Of a stretch of 64,000 bases of DNA, positions 51,502 to 60,814 are shown piece after piece. The notes beneath the pieces were generated by a model. That model saw only the letters and a program-made list of their open reading frames with translations. It was not told the DNA's origin and searched no databases. The stretch is from Acidimicrobiales bacterium. Lineage in GTDB: Bacteria > Actinomycetota > Acidimicrobiia > Acidimicrobiales > SZUA-35. The stretch covers positions 24,534 through 88,533 of the forward strand of contig JAWKIL010000003.1 of NCBI GenBank assembly GCA_041394285.1. Direction: 5' to 3'. A program made the translations under genes and the position numbers. Position 1 is the first letter of the stretch, and every line of letters begins with the position of its first letter.

Positions 51502-52296
51502 TCAGCGGGCCTTGAAGGGGCCGGCCGGGCGCTTCTCGACGAAGGCCCGGGCCGCTTCGTTGAAGTCTTCGCTGAGGTACAGCTTGTAGGGGGTGGTCAT
51601 CATCTCCGCCTCCTTCAGCACCTGCCCCAGGTACCAGCGCCGGGCCCGCACCGTGGCCCGGACCGACAGCGGAGGGTTGGCGTCGACCTCCCGGGCCAGC
51701 TCATAGGCCACGTCCAGGTAGGTGCCCTTGGGGGCCAGCCGGTTGATCAGGCCGTTCTCGAAGGCCTCCTCGGCGCTGAAGCTCCGCCCGGTCAGCGCCA
51801 TCTCGGTGCCGAAGGCGGCCGCCCCCCGGAACCGCATGGTGGCCCAGTGGCGGGCCCCGCCGAGGCCCCGGGCCAGCTCGGTGGCCTGGATCTGGGTGCC
51901 CTCCTCGGCCACGATCAGGTCGCTGTCGAACATGATCCCGGTGGCGAGGCCCATGACGTAGCCGTGCACGGCGGCGATCACCGGCTTCCAGTTCACCGAG
52001 TGGAGCAGCAGGTCGCCGGCCCGAGCCCCGTGGCCTTGGGGGCCGCCCAGGCGCTCCAGCTCCTCCCGGGGCCGGAGCTGGCGCTGGCGCACGTCGGCCC
52101 CGGTGGAGAAGGCCCGCCCCGCCCCGCACAGCACGGCCACGTTGGCGTCGCCGTCGGCGTCGAAGGTCCGCAGCGCCTCGAACAGGGCGATCGTCATCTC
52201 GTCGCTGAAGGCGTTGAGCTTGTCGGGCCGGTTGAAGCGGATGGTCACGATCGACCCGTCCCGCTCGTACTCCATCATCTCGGGCATGGCCCGCAT
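51502..52296 (-). CDS. enoyl-CoA hydratase/isomerase family protein
   Basis: 264 aa with the crotonase pattern (RFNRPDKLNAF, GAGRAFSTGADV). Confidence 0.88.
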   Translation of the reverse strand: MRAMPEMMEYERDGSIVTIRFNRPDKLNAFSDEMTIALFEALRTFDADGDANVAVLCGAGRAFSTGADVRQRQLRPREELERLGGPQGHGARAGDLLLHSVNWKPVIAAVHGYVMGLATGIMFDSDLIVAEEGTQIQATELARGLGGARHWATMRFRGAAAFGTEMALTGRSFSAEEAFENGLINRLAPKGTYLDVAYELAREVDANPPLSVRATVRARRWYLGQVLKEAEMMTTPYKLYLSEDFNEAARAFVEKRPAGPFKAR

Positions 52297-52320
52297 GCTA
52301 GGTCAGGGGCCCGGCGGCGA

Positions 52321-52572
52321 TCAGGGTGGATCGGTGACGTAGCGGGCGACGGCGTCGTCGAGCGAGAGGCCGAGCTGGTTGGCCAGCGACGCCAGCCAGG
52401 CCAGGACGTCGCCCAGCTCGTGCAGCTGCTGCTCCCGGGTGCCCTTGCGCACGGCCTGGGCCAGCTCGCCCAGCTCCTCGCACAGCCAGGCCACGGTGGC
52501 CGGCACCCCCCGCTCCCGGTCCTGGGCCCCGTAGAGCTCCTCCATCAACGCCTGCCAGCGGGCCAGATCCAT
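52321..52572 (-). CDS. MazG-like nucleotide pyrophosphohydrolase domain protein
   Basis: 83 aa with the EELGELAQAV and ELGDVLAWL (EExxE/D-type helices) motifs typical of small MazG proteins. Confidence 0.75.
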   Translation of the reverse strand: MDLARWQALMEELYGAQDRERGVPATVAWLCEELGELAQAVRKGTREQQLHELGDVLAWLASLANQLGLSLDDAVARYVTDPP

Positions 52573-52651
52573 CCCGGCAGGCTAGAACCATCGGGAGCTG
52601 GCGCCCCCGGCGGGCCGCCTGCCTCCACCGTCGCCGTGGGGTCGGCCCCGG

Positions 52652-53551
52652 TCAGGGTGAGGTGAGCAGGTGGTCGTCGCGATCCATGGTGGCCGGAGCG
52701 CTCATCAGCCAGCCCACGCCCCGGGTCAGGGCGGTGGCGGCGGGCCGGATGGCCAGCGGGTCGAGCAACGGGGGCAGCGGGAGGAACATCATGCGCCGGG
52801 CCCAGGTGGGCAGCAGCCCCACAGCCGCCGCCCCGATCAGCCCGTACGGGCCCCGCAGGGCCAGCGGCACCGGCGGCGCGAGGAGGAACCGCACGGCGTT
52901 GCGGGCCTGGCGGCCGTAGCGGCATTCGGGCCGGTAGGCGTGGAGCGCCTCGGTGAGCTCGGCCCGGGTGGTGGGCACCGGGTCGGCCCCCAGGCGGCGG
53001 CCGGTCTCGGCCATCTCGGCCACGTAGCGGTCCCGTTCGGCGTCGGTCAGGCGGCCCGACCCGTACCGGTCGTAGGCGGTGAGGAAGCTGTCGACCTCGG
53101 TGTCGTGGACCCAGGCCAGCAGGTGGGGATCGCTGGCGCTGTAGTGGCGGCCGTCGGGGGCGGTGCCCTCCACCCGGCGGTGGATGGCGGCGACCATGGC
53201 GATCACGTGCTCGGCCGTGGCCGTGTTGCCGTAGGTGGTGGCGCCGATGTAGCGACCGGTGCGGTGCAACCGGCCCCAGGGGTCGTGGCGGTAGTCGGAG
53301 TGGTCGGCCACGCCGGCCATGGCCAGGGGATGCAGGGTCTGCAGGAGGAGCGCCCGCAGCCCCCCGATCAGCATCGACGACTCGCCGTGCACCCGCCAGG
53401 CCACGCTGGCCGGGCCGAACAGGCCGGGGTCGTCCCAGGTGGCCAGATCGCGGGGCGACAGGCGTTCGTCTCCGGCGATGGCGGACCGCATACGGTTCCC
53501 GCCCTCCCGGCGTAGAGCGGCGATTACTTCAGGCAGCATGATCCAACTCAC
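52652..53551 (-). CDS. MpaB/DUF2236-family oxygenase
   Basis: 299 aa with the SVAWRVHGE..LLLQTLHPLAMAGV pattern of DUF2236. The start is uncertain among several N-terminal Met codons. Confidence 0.75.
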   Translation of the reverse strand: MSWIMLPEVIAALRREGGNRMRSAIAGDERLSPRDLATWDDPGLFGPASVAWRVHGESSMLIGGLRALLLQTLHPLAMAGVADHSDYRHDPWGRLHRTGRYIGATTYGNTATAEHVIAMVAAIHRRVEGTAPDGRHYSASDPHLLAWVHDTEVDSFLTAYDRYGSGRLTDAERDRYVAEMAETGRRLGADPVPTTRAELTEALHAYRPECRYGRQARNAVRFLLAPPVPLALRGPYGLIGAAAVGLLPTWARRMMFLPLPPLLDPLAIRPAATALTRGVGWLMSAPATMDRDDHLLTSP

Positions 53552-53723
53552 AGTAGAGAATTGTCACGATGTTGGAAGGATCGGCCCGAACCTTCTAGGG
53601 TTGTGGCTTCGCACTCCGGTCCGAGGTCCGGTTCCCGTGTGTGGGTGGTGTGTGTGTTCGCACCGTCCCGCCGGCCTCGGCAGAACAAGCCAACCGATTG
53701 TCGTTGGGTGGAGGAGCAAGTCC

Positions 53724-55034
53724 ATGGAGACCACGGCAGACCCGTTAATCCGGCGCGTGCCCCGCTGGGTGGTGGCGTTGATCGTTCTCGCCGTCGGGGC
53801 TTCGCTGGCCCCGGCCGGCGGCCCGGTGGCCGCCGCCGACGTGCGGCCGTTCACCCTGCCCATACAGGCCGATCAGGTGGCCAAGGTCCACTGGACCGAT
53901 ACCTACGGTGCCCCCCGGGGCGGAGGCCGCTCCCACCTCGGCGTCGACATGATGGGGGTGAGGATGGTGCCGCTGGTGGCGGTGAAGTCGGCCACGATCG
54001 TGTGGGGCAAGTTCGACAACGCCGGCGGCAACTACCTCCGCCTGCGGGACGACGAGGGTTGGGAGTACCAGTACATCCACCTCAACAACGACAACCCCAA
54101 CAGCGACGACGGCAAGGCGTCGTGCGACAAGGCGTTCTCGGCCCGGATCTGTGCCACGGTGGGGGCCAACGGCCGCCTGGCCATCGGCACCCGGGTGGCC
54201 GAGGGGGAGGTCATCGGTTACCTAGGCGACAGCGGGAACGCCGAGAGCACCTCGCCCCACCTCCACTTCGAGGTCTACAAGCCCAACGGCGCCGGTGGGG
54301 TCGAACCGATCAACCCCACCCCGAGCGTCGATGCCGCCCTGGCCAAGCTGAAGGGATCGCCTCCGCCGGCCGGCCCGGTGGCCGCCGCCCCCAAGGCGCC
54401 GGCCGGGCCGCCGCCGGTGGCCGCCCCGGGCGAGGCCGGATTCGCCGATCACCTGTGGTACCGGGTGGCGGGCCGGTGGCCCACCGGAGCCGAGCGGTCG
54501 GCGTTCGACGCCGACGCCGACGCCAAGGGCGTGTGGCCGGCCATGGCCGCCCGGGTGGGTGACACCTCCAACGCCGCCACGGTGGATCGGCTGTACCACG
54601 CCTTCTTCCTCCGCTACCCCGACACCGACGGTCTGCGGTACTGGGTGGGCGTGCGGGGCAGCGGCCAGACGGTGCAGAAGGTGGCCGACAGCTTCGCCGC
54701 CTCCGACGAGTTCCGCCTCCGCTACACCGGCACCGACTTCGGGGCCTTCATCGACCAGATCTACCGCAACGTGCTGGGGCGCGAGCCCGACGCCGGAGGT
54801 CGGGACTACTGGCTGGCCCAGCTGGCCAACCGGAAGGTGACCCGGGGCACCATCGTGGCCAGCTTCAGCGAGAGCCAGGAGATGCGCAACCTCACCGGGT
54901 GGCGCAACGAGCTGGCTGCGGTGCAGCTCGTCCGCTCCGGCACCGCCCCCACGGCCGACGACGAGGCCCGCTGGACGGGTCTGCGCCAGGCGAGCCCCCT
55001 GCCCGATGCCATCGCCAGCTGGTACGCGAGCTAG
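53724..55034 (+). CDS. secreted M23-family metallopeptidase with C-terminal DUF4214 domain
   Basis: ORF 53319..55034 trimmed to ATG 53724 (GGAGGAG upstream). It has a signal/TM segment, the M23 motifs SHLGVDM and PHLHFEV, a Pro-rich linker and a DUF4214-like IDQIYRNVLGREPDAGGRDYW. Confidence 0.85.
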   Translation: METTADPLIRRVPRWVVALIVLAVGASLAPAGGPVAAADVRPFTLPIQADQVAKVHWTDTYGAPRGGGRSHLGVDMMGVRMVPLVAVKSATIVWGKFDNAGGNYLRLRDDEGWEYQYIHLNNDNPNSDDGKASCDKAFSARICATVGANGRLAIGTRVAEGEVIGYLGDSGNAESTSPHLHFEVYKPNGAGGVEPINPTPSVDAALAKLKGSPPPAGPVAAAPKAPAGPPPVAAPGEAGFADHLWYRVAGRWPTGAERSAFDADADAKGVWPAMAARVGDTSNAATVDRLYHAFFLRYPDTDGLRYWVGVRGSGQTVQKVADSFAASDEFRLRYTGTDFGAFIDQIYRNVLGREPDAGGRDYWLAQLANRKVTRGTIVASFSESQEMRNLTGWRNELAAVQLVRSGTAPTADDEARWTGLRQASPLPDAIASWYAS

Positions 55035-56740
55035 CTCGACGCCGCCTCCACCACGGTGACCGTGCCGGCGGTCGGGTCGACCTCCACCAGGTCGCCCGAC
55101 CGGATGGCGGTCATGGCGTCGGTGCAGCCGATGACGGCCGGCAGATCGAGCTCCCGGGCCATCACCGCGGCGTGGCACAGCAGGCCGCCCTCCTGCACCA
55201 CGATCCCGCCGGCGATGGCCAGGACCGAGTTGTACGACGGCGCCGTCCACGGCGCCACCAGCACGTCACCCGGCTCCATCTCCTGGATGGCCCGGTTGGG
55301 GTCGTCGGCCACCCGGGCCCGTCCCCGGTAGGTCCGGGACCCGATGCCGAGACCGGCCAGGGCCGCCGCTGGCCGGTCCGGGTCGGGGTCGAGGAGGCTG
55401 GTGGCGGCGATGATCGTCTCCATCATGCGCCGGCTGGCCGGGGGCAGGGGCCTGACGTCGGGCTTGGCCATCGGCGCCCCCAGGTACTCCGGCGGCTCCA
55501 GGGTGGCCTGCCACCGTCGCTCCTCGGCCCGGGCCGCCACGTCGGCGGCGGTGGGTGACGCGTCGCCCCGCAGGACGGCGGCCAGCTCCGGTAGGTCGAG
55601 CTCGAACACGTCGGCCGGGCCGTCGAGCCGCCCCCGGGTGGCCAGCCGCTCACCGGCGGCCAGGTAGGCGCGCCGGGTGAGGCCGATCGGCCACTCCCAG
55701 GTGAGCGGGCCGTTGTCGTCGCGCAGGCCGTAGGCCTGGCGGGCGGAGGCCAGCAGCTCGTCGAACAGGGCCGGGTTGCCGCTGGCCGCCCGCAGCTCGG
55801 CCGCGGCCGGCCCGTGGTCGTCCGGCGGTCGGCCCTCGCCCGCCACCGCCTCGCCGGCGGGGTCGGTGGGGTCGGTGGGGTCGGTGGCGGCCCGGCGGAT
55901 CAGCGTGCACACGGCGCCCGGCAGCTCGTGCAGGGTCAGGCTGTCGATGTCGTAGCCCGACACCACCCGCCAGCCGAACTCGTCGAGGTAGGCGTCGAGG
56001 GCATCGGCGGCGGGTCCGACCGATCGGATCTGATCGAAGGAGGTGACGGTGGCCGGGTCCACGCCACCGGCGCGAAGGGCTGCGGCGATCGTGGCGCCGT
56101 GGCGGGCGGCATCGACGGTGGCCGGCGACGCCCCTTTGAGCAGGCCCATCACGGCCACCGGGTCGAGGCCCCAGCCGGCGGCGTGGGCCAGGAGATCGCC
56201 GATCGGGCCTAGGTCGCTCCCGTGGAGCTGGTGGTGGCGGCACCAGCCCCGTACCACGTGGGCGTCGAGGTGCTCGAGGTGGTCGGCCAGCGCCAGATCG
56301 TCGAGGGTGGTGGGGTCGACGGCCTGGATCCTGCGGTTGGCCTCCTGCCACTGGTCGCGCTCGCCGGCGAACCAGGCCGTGACCTGGTCGAGGGCGGAGC
56401 TCTCGGCCAGGACCCGGCGGGCCGTGCGCTCGCGGCGCCGGAACTCGGGGTGGAGGCGGGTGGCCAGCCACAGCACGGGTGCCGGCGGCATCTTGCCCGT
56501 GTCCTTGTCCGCCCCGACCAGGGGCACGATGCGGCGGTACAGGGCGCCGTTCACCACCTGCATGTCGAGCGAGCCGACGGCGCCGCCGAAGTCGGCGAAC
56601 ACCTGGCGGTAGGTGGGCTCGGTGTGGGTGCCCACGATCCGGGCGTAGAGGCGGGTGACGCCGGGCCCGCCGTGGGAGCGCTCGGACCGCCAGGACCCGG
56701 GTCCGGGTGGGTTCCAGGTGGGGGTGTGGGTAGCGGTCAC
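55031..56740 (-). CDS. PEP-utilizing-enzyme family protein (C-terminal swivel phosphohistidine domain)
   Basis: ORF 55031..57136 trimmed to GTG 56740. The C-terminus (GDVLVAPWTAPSYNSVLAIAGGIVVQEGGLLCHAAVMARELDLPAV) is a PEP_mobile domain. The N-terminal ~470 aa are not assignable by eye. Confidence 0.75.
   Translation of the reverse strand: MTATHTPTWNPPGPGSWRSERSHGGPGVTRLYARIVGTHTEPTYRQVFADFGGAVGSLDMQVVNGALYRRIVPLVGADKDTGKMPPAPVLWLATRLHPEFRRRERTARRVLAESSALDQVTAWFAGERDQWQEANRRIQAVDPTTLDDLALADHLEHLDAHVVRGWCRHHQLHGSDLGPIGDLLAHAAGWGLDPVAVMGLLKGASPATVDAARHGATIAAALRAGGVDPATVTSFDQIRSVGPAADALDAYLDEFGWRVVSGYDIDSLTLHELPGAVCTLIRRAATDPTDPTDPAGEAVAGEGRPPDDHGPAAAELRAASGNPALFDELLASARQAYGLRDDNGPLTWEWPIGLTRRAYLAAGERLATRGRLDGPADVFELDLPELAAVLRGDASPTAADVAARAEERRWQATLEPPEYLGAPMAKPDVRPLPPASRRMMETIIAATSLLDPDPDRPAAALAGLGIGSRTYRGRARVADDPNRAIQEMEPGDVLVAPWTAPSYNSVLAIAGGIVVQEGGLLCHAAVMARELDLPAVIGCTDAMTAIRSGDLVEVDPTAGTVTVVEAASS
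55861..55887. repeat. 9-bp tandem repeat x3 (ggtcggtgg) inside the PEP-utilizing CDS
   Basis: Read directly. It encodes PTDPTDPTD on the minus strand. Confidence 0.9.
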
Positions 56741-56798
56741 GGATGCCTCGTCTCGCCTCGGATCGGTCTCGGGTGTGGTGGTGGGTGCGCAGTGTCCG

Positions 56799-57467
56799 TC
56801 ATGGCCGGGCCGCCGGCTCCTCCGCCGGCGGAGGCAACGGGCGGTTGGGCAGCACCCGCTCGGCCAGAGGGCCGTTGGCGGCCACGTCGGCCGCCACCAG
56901 CTCGGCGGTGTAGGTGGCCAGCGCGGCGGCCCGCTCCGGCGGGTGGCCCATGCGGGCCACCAGGTCCAGGAACATCGACGACGAGGTGACGGCCACGAGG
57001 AGGTCGATCGCCTCCGGGTCGTGGGCCGCCTCGGGTGCGAGCCGGCGGCTGGTGGCCCGGCTGTCGGCCAGGCGGGAGGCGCGGAGCTGGCGCCCCACGG
57101 GGGTGGTGTGCTCGGCCAGGACGGCGGGCACGTCATCGGCGAAGGAGCGCCACAGGGTGCCCAGGTAGCGGGCCAGGGTCGAGCGGTCGAGGGTGGGGTC
57201 GCTCATGGTGGCATGGGCCCGCTCGGCCGCCCGGTAGGCGACGGCGTCCTGCAACTCGTCCTTGGTGGCGAAGTAGCGGTACAGGGTGCGTACCGACACC
57301 CCCGCCTTCCGGGCCACCGCCGGCATGGAGATCGATACCGAGTTCGCCTCGTGGGCCAGCTCGAGGAAGGCGTCGGCGATCGACCGCCGGGTCGCCTCGG
57401 CCTGCCGGTCCCGCAGCGACGCCGACCGTGCCGAGCCCACCGTTTCCAAACTCATGTCATGATTCAT
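56799..57467 (-). CDS. TetR/AcrR-family transcriptional regulator
   Basis: It has an N-terminal TetR HTH (ISMPAVARKAGVSVRTLYRYFATKDEL). The start is ATG 57467 or 57455. Confidence 0.88.
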   Translation of the reverse strand: MNHDMSLETVGSARSASLRDRQAEATRRSIADAFLELAHEANSVSISMPAVARKAGVSVRTLYRYFATKDELQDAVAYRAAERAHATMSDPTLDRSTLARYLGTLWRSFADDVPAVLAEHTTPVGRQLRASRLADSRATSRRLAPEAAHDPEAIDLLVAVTSSSMFLDLVARMGHPPERAAALATYTAELVAADVAANGPLAERVLPNRPLPPPAEEPAARP

Positions 57468-57488
57468 GCCATGATGGCACGGATCCTG

Positions 57489-57926
57489 TCAAGCGTTGTC
57501 GATGGGGCGGCGGGCGACCGCCTCGTGGAGCAAGGCATGGCGGAACTCGGACCACGGGCGGGCCGGGCCGAACGGGTTCGGCGTGCCGTGCGGCCCGGCC
57601 GTGAGCACGAACACCGTCACGATCAGGGGTGCGCCGGTGTCGCCAGGCCCGGCGATCATGGTCAGCTCCACCAGCACCACGGAGGGGATCGGCCCCGGGG
57701 TCGGTAGGGCGGCGGCCGCCACCTCGGGCCGGTGGGGGTGCAAAGGAGGCAGCTCGGGCCGGTTCCCCGCCGCCAGCGGCCCGTCGTCGGACGCGTCCCG
57801 GCAGAACCGCTCCACGGCCTCGCTGAGCGCGGCGGCACCGCCGGCGCGCTCGGGCCATGTCACCACGACGCCGTCGATCCCGCACCGGGCCCGCACAACC
57901 AGCGGCCCGCTGATCTCGCCGCTCAC
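57489..57926 (-). CDS. hypothetical protein
   Basis: 145 aa. Its composition is more protein-like than the overlapping plus-strand ORF, and it lies 22 nt upstream of tetR in the same orientation. No domain recognised. Confidence 0.4.
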   Translation of the reverse strand: MSGEISGPLVVRARCGIDGVVVTWPERAGGAAALSEAVERFCRDASDDGPLAAGNRPELPPLHPHRPEVAAAALPTPGPIPSVVLVELTMIAGPGDTGAPLIVTVFVLTAGPHGTPNPFGPARPWSEFRHALLHEAVARRPIDNA

Positions 57927-57940
57927 TGCGGCGAGTCTAT

Positions 57941-57964
57941 CTCGAATCGTTACGCTCGAATCGT
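57941..57964. repeat. two 10-bp direct repeats (ctcgaatcgt) 14 bp apart
   Basis: Copies at 57941-57950 and 57955-57964, in the 51-bp gap between the amidase stop and the start of the hypothetical/TetR/PEP gene string. Confidence 0.85.
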
Positions 57965-57977
57965 CAGGTGTGGTGAC

Positions 57978-59390
57978 TCACCCGAGATCGGGACGCTGGA
58001 GGTGCCAGGTGGTGGACTGCTCGTAGGCGTGGGCGGCCTGGAGCACCCGCAGATCGTCGAAGGGGGCGCCGGCCAGCTGCAGGCCCACCGGCATGCCGTC
58101 GGCGAACCCGCAGGGGACAGAGATGGCCGGCAGGTGGGCGAAGTTGTAGGGCATGGTGTTGGCGATGGCGGCGTTGATCACCGGCAGCTCGGTCCCGTCG
58201 AGGTTGGCCGTCTCGGCCCCCAGCGGCGGAGCCACCAGCGGCGTGGTGGGGGACACGAGCAGATCGACACCGGTGAGCACCCGGCGCACCGCCTGCTCGT
58301 AGGCCGCCATCTGGCGCAGGGCCGCCACGGTGGCATCGCCGTCGAGCGGCGGGATGGCCAGCAGCTGCTGCACGTCGGGGCCGAAGTCGTCGTGGCGGGA
58401 CGGCCAGATCTCCGCATGGGCGGTGCGGCTCTCGGCCGACACGATGGCGAACGCCGCGGCCATGAAGTCGTCGCTCGACGGCAGCTCCACGTCCTCCAGG
58501 TGCATGCCCAGCGACTCCAGTTGGGTCAGTGCCGCCTCGGCCGCCTCCCGCACCCCGGGCTGGAGGGCGGCCCAGGCGGTGGAGCGGGGCACGCCCACCC
58601 GGAGGCCCGTGACATCGGCCAGGAGGCGGCCGGCCAGCCGGGTCACCCCGCCGGAGTCGGGCCGGGTGGCCTCGTCGTCGGGGTCGTAGCCGGCGATGGC
58701 GTCGAGCACGATGGCGGCGTCGCGCACGGTGGCCGTGATCGGGCCGGCGTGGTCGAGGAACCACGACAGGGGAGCGATGCCGGCCCGGCTCACCACGCCA
58801 TAGGTGGGCTTGAACCCCACGCAGCCGCAGAAGCTGGCCGGGATGCGGATGCTGCCCCCCGTGTCGGTGCCGATGGTGGCTGCGGCCAGGCGGGCCACGA
58901 TGGCCGCCCCCGACCCCCCGCTCGACCCGCCCGGGATCCGGCCGCGATTCCACGGGTTCACGGTGGTGCCGTAGGCCTTGGGGTTCGACGTGGTGGTGCC
59001 GTAGGCCAGCTCGTGGGTGGCGGTCTTGCCCAGCAGCACGGTGCCGGCCGCGGCCAGCCGCCGGGCCACCGCGGCGTCGGTGGTGGGCACCCGGCCGGCG
59101 TAGGCGGCCGAACCGGCGGCGGTGGGGATGCCGGCGGTGTCGATCAGGTCCTTGAGCCCGATGGGCACGCCGTGCAGCGGCCCCCGGAACTCACGGCGGG
59201 CCGCCTCCTCGGTGAGGCGGGCGGCGTCGGCCCGGGCCCGGTCGGCCGTCACCTCCACGAATGCCGTCAGCTGCGGGTTCAGGCTCTCGATCCGGGCCAG
59301 GTAGGCCTCGGTCAGCTCGGTGGGCGACGCCTGGCGGGACACCACGGCGGCCGAGGCGTCGGTGACGCTCAGGTCGATCAGCTCCCGCAT
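57978..59390 (-). CDS. amidase (amidase-signature family, GatA-like)
   Basis: 470 aa with the AS signature GGSSGGSGAAIV...GTDTGGSIRIPASFCG. Confidence 0.9.
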   Translation of the reverse strand: MRELIDLSVTDASAAVVSRQASPTELTEAYLARIESLNPQLTAFVEVTADRARADAARLTEEAARREFRGPLHGVPIGLKDLIDTAGIPTAAGSAAYAGRVPTTDAAVARRLAAAGTVLLGKTATHELAYGTTTSNPKAYGTTVNPWNRGRIPGGSSGGSGAAIVARLAAATIGTDTGGSIRIPASFCGCVGFKPTYGVVSRAGIAPLSWFLDHAGPITATVRDAAIVLDAIAGYDPDDEATRPDSGGVTRLAGRLLADVTGLRVGVPRSTAWAALQPGVREAAEAALTQLESLGMHLEDVELPSSDDFMAAAFAIVSAESRTAHAEIWPSRHDDFGPDVQQLLAIPPLDGDATVAALRQMAAYEQAVRRVLTGVDLLVSPTTPLVAPPLGAETANLDGTELPVINAAIANTMPYNFAHLPAISVPCGFADGMPVGLQLAGAPFDDLRVLQAAHAYEQSTTWHLQRPDLG

Positions 59391-59391
59391 G

Positions 59392-60171
59392 TCAGCGTCC
59401 CTGCCAGCCGGGGCGGTCCCCCTTGGCCGACGATGCCCGGAAGGCCTTGGCGTCCTCGGTGGCGCCGGCCACCTTGCGCATCGTCTCCCCGAAGCGGATG
59501 GCCTCCACGAAGCCCATCTGCTGGCCCCGCTTGGCGATCTCCTTGGTGGCCCGGACGGCCAGCGGGGCGCAGTTGTCGACCAGGCGCTGGGCCAGAGCCC
59601 GGGCCTCGTCCATCAGGTCGTCGGCCGGCACGATCCGCTGCACCAGGCCCATCTCCTTGGCCCGCTGGGCGTCCACCCGGTCGCCCCACAACAGGAGCTC
59701 CATGGCGTTCTGCCAACCCACGACCTGGGGCATGCGGACCGCTCCCTGCACCGTGGGCACGCCGAGCTGCACCTCGGGGAAGCCGAAGCTGGCGTTGTCG
59801 GCCGCCAGCACGTAGTCGCACGCCGCCACCAGGGTGAGGCCGAAGCCCAGGGCGTAGCCGTTGACGGCGGCGATGATCGGCTTCCAGATCTCCATCCCGC
59901 TCTCCAGCGAGGTGAAGCTCGGAACCTCCCAGAACGAGTGCTGGTCGTTGCCGACGGCGGAGCCCGGATCCTTCAGATCGGCTCCGGCGCAGAAGGCCCG
60001 GCCGGCGCCGGTGACGATGGCCACCCACGCGTCGTCGTCGTTGCGCAGTTGCTCCCAGGCGGCGTTGAGGTCCCGCCGGAGCTCGCCGTTCACCGCGTTC
60101 AGGGCTTCGGGCCGGTTGTAGGTGATCGTGGCGATGTGCCCACTGCGCTCGTAGAGGACCGTTCCCGGCAT
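59392..60171 (-). CDS. enoyl-CoA hydratase/isomerase family protein
   Basis: 259 aa with the crotonase pattern (YNRPEALNAV, GAGRAFCAGADL). Confidence 0.88.
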   Translation of the reverse strand: MPGTVLYERSGHIATITYNRPEALNAVNGELRRDLNAAWEQLRNDDDAWVAIVTGAGRAFCAGADLKDPGSAVGNDQHSFWEVPSFTSLESGMEIWKPIIAAVNGYALGFGLTLVAACDYVLAADNASFGFPEVQLGVPTVQGAVRMPQVVGWQNAMELLLWGDRVDAQRAKEMGLVQRIVPADDLMDEARALAQRLVDNCAPLAVRATKEIAKRGQQMGFVEAIRFGETMRKVAGATEDAKAFRASSAKGDRPGWQGR

Positions 60172-60222
60172 GTTGAACCCCCGCCGTCGGTGAATGTCGT
60201 TGAACGCAGCATTCTTACTACG

Positions 60223-60296
60223 TCGGGTTGGGGAGATTTGAACTCCCGACCTCCTCGTCCCGAACGAGGCGCGCTACCAACCTGCGCCACAACCCG
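60223..60296 (-). tRNA. tRNA-Pro (anticodon CGG)
   Basis: A 74-nt cloverleaf folded by hand: acceptor CGGGTTG/CAACCCG, anticodon arm CCTCG-TTCGGGA-CGAGG, T arm GGGAG-TTCAAAT-CTCCC. Confidence 0.9.
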
Positions 60297-60355
60297 ATTG
60301 CAGTGCGGTTCGAGCCTAGCCGACCGGCCGGCTCAACCGGACCAAAATCTCAACC

Positions 60356-60760
60356 TCAGGCCGTGGCGTGGGACGGGGTTTCGAACGAGGTCTCCCCATT
60401 GAGCAGGGCCGTGGCCAGGCGGCGGAGGCGAAGAGAGTCGCCCGGCTTGATCAGCCAGCCGTCGGCCCGGGCCTGACCGGCCAGGAACGTGTCGACGGAA
60501 CGGTCGAGCAGCAGGGCCACCGGGATCGGCCCCAGCCGCCCCGCTTCCTCCTCCTGCTTGACGGCCAGGCAGGTGGCGATGCCACCCATGTTGCCGATCT
60601 GGAGGTCGAGGATCACCAGATCCGGACCCTTCTGCTGGCACACGGGCAACACGTCGGTGCCGGCCCGGACCCGGAGCACCTGGGTATCGTCGCTGGCCAG
60701 GGCGGCGTCGACGTCTCGGAACAGGGGGTCGGAATCGGTGGCGAGCAACACGATGGTCAC
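60356..60760 (-). CDS. single-domain response regulator (CheY-like receiver)
   Basis: 134 aa with a GTG start, a DLVILDLQIGNMGG phospho-acceptor region and a conserved Lys in WLIKP. Confidence 0.85.
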   Translation of the reverse strand: MTIVLLATDSDPLFRDVDAALASDDTQVLRVRAGTDVLPVCQQKGPDLVILDLQIGNMGGIATCLAVKQEEEAGRLGPIPVALLLDRSVDTFLAGQARADGWLIKPGDSLRLRRLATALLNGETSFETPSHATA

Positions 60761-60814
60761 GGGCAGGATGCTAACAGCAGCCCGGCCCGGGCTCAGCAGT
60801 GGCTATCGTGGCCG

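Noticed and set aside
53552-53723. A possible ydaO (cyclic-di-AMP) riboswitch upstream of the M23 peptidase.
   Set aside because: I could not locate the conserved core elements of the ydaO motif (GGGGA.CCA, GGGGUGAAUC, CCCGAA.CCG...AGCUAACC). Only a weak ggcccgaacc resemblance is present. It is kept only as an unclassified-leader finding.
55031-55034. Palindromic CTAG shared as the stop codon (TAG) by both convergent genes (M23 peptidase and PEP-utilizing enzyme).
   Set aside because: It is real but trivial: a 4-nt tail-to-tail overlap with no evident functional implication.
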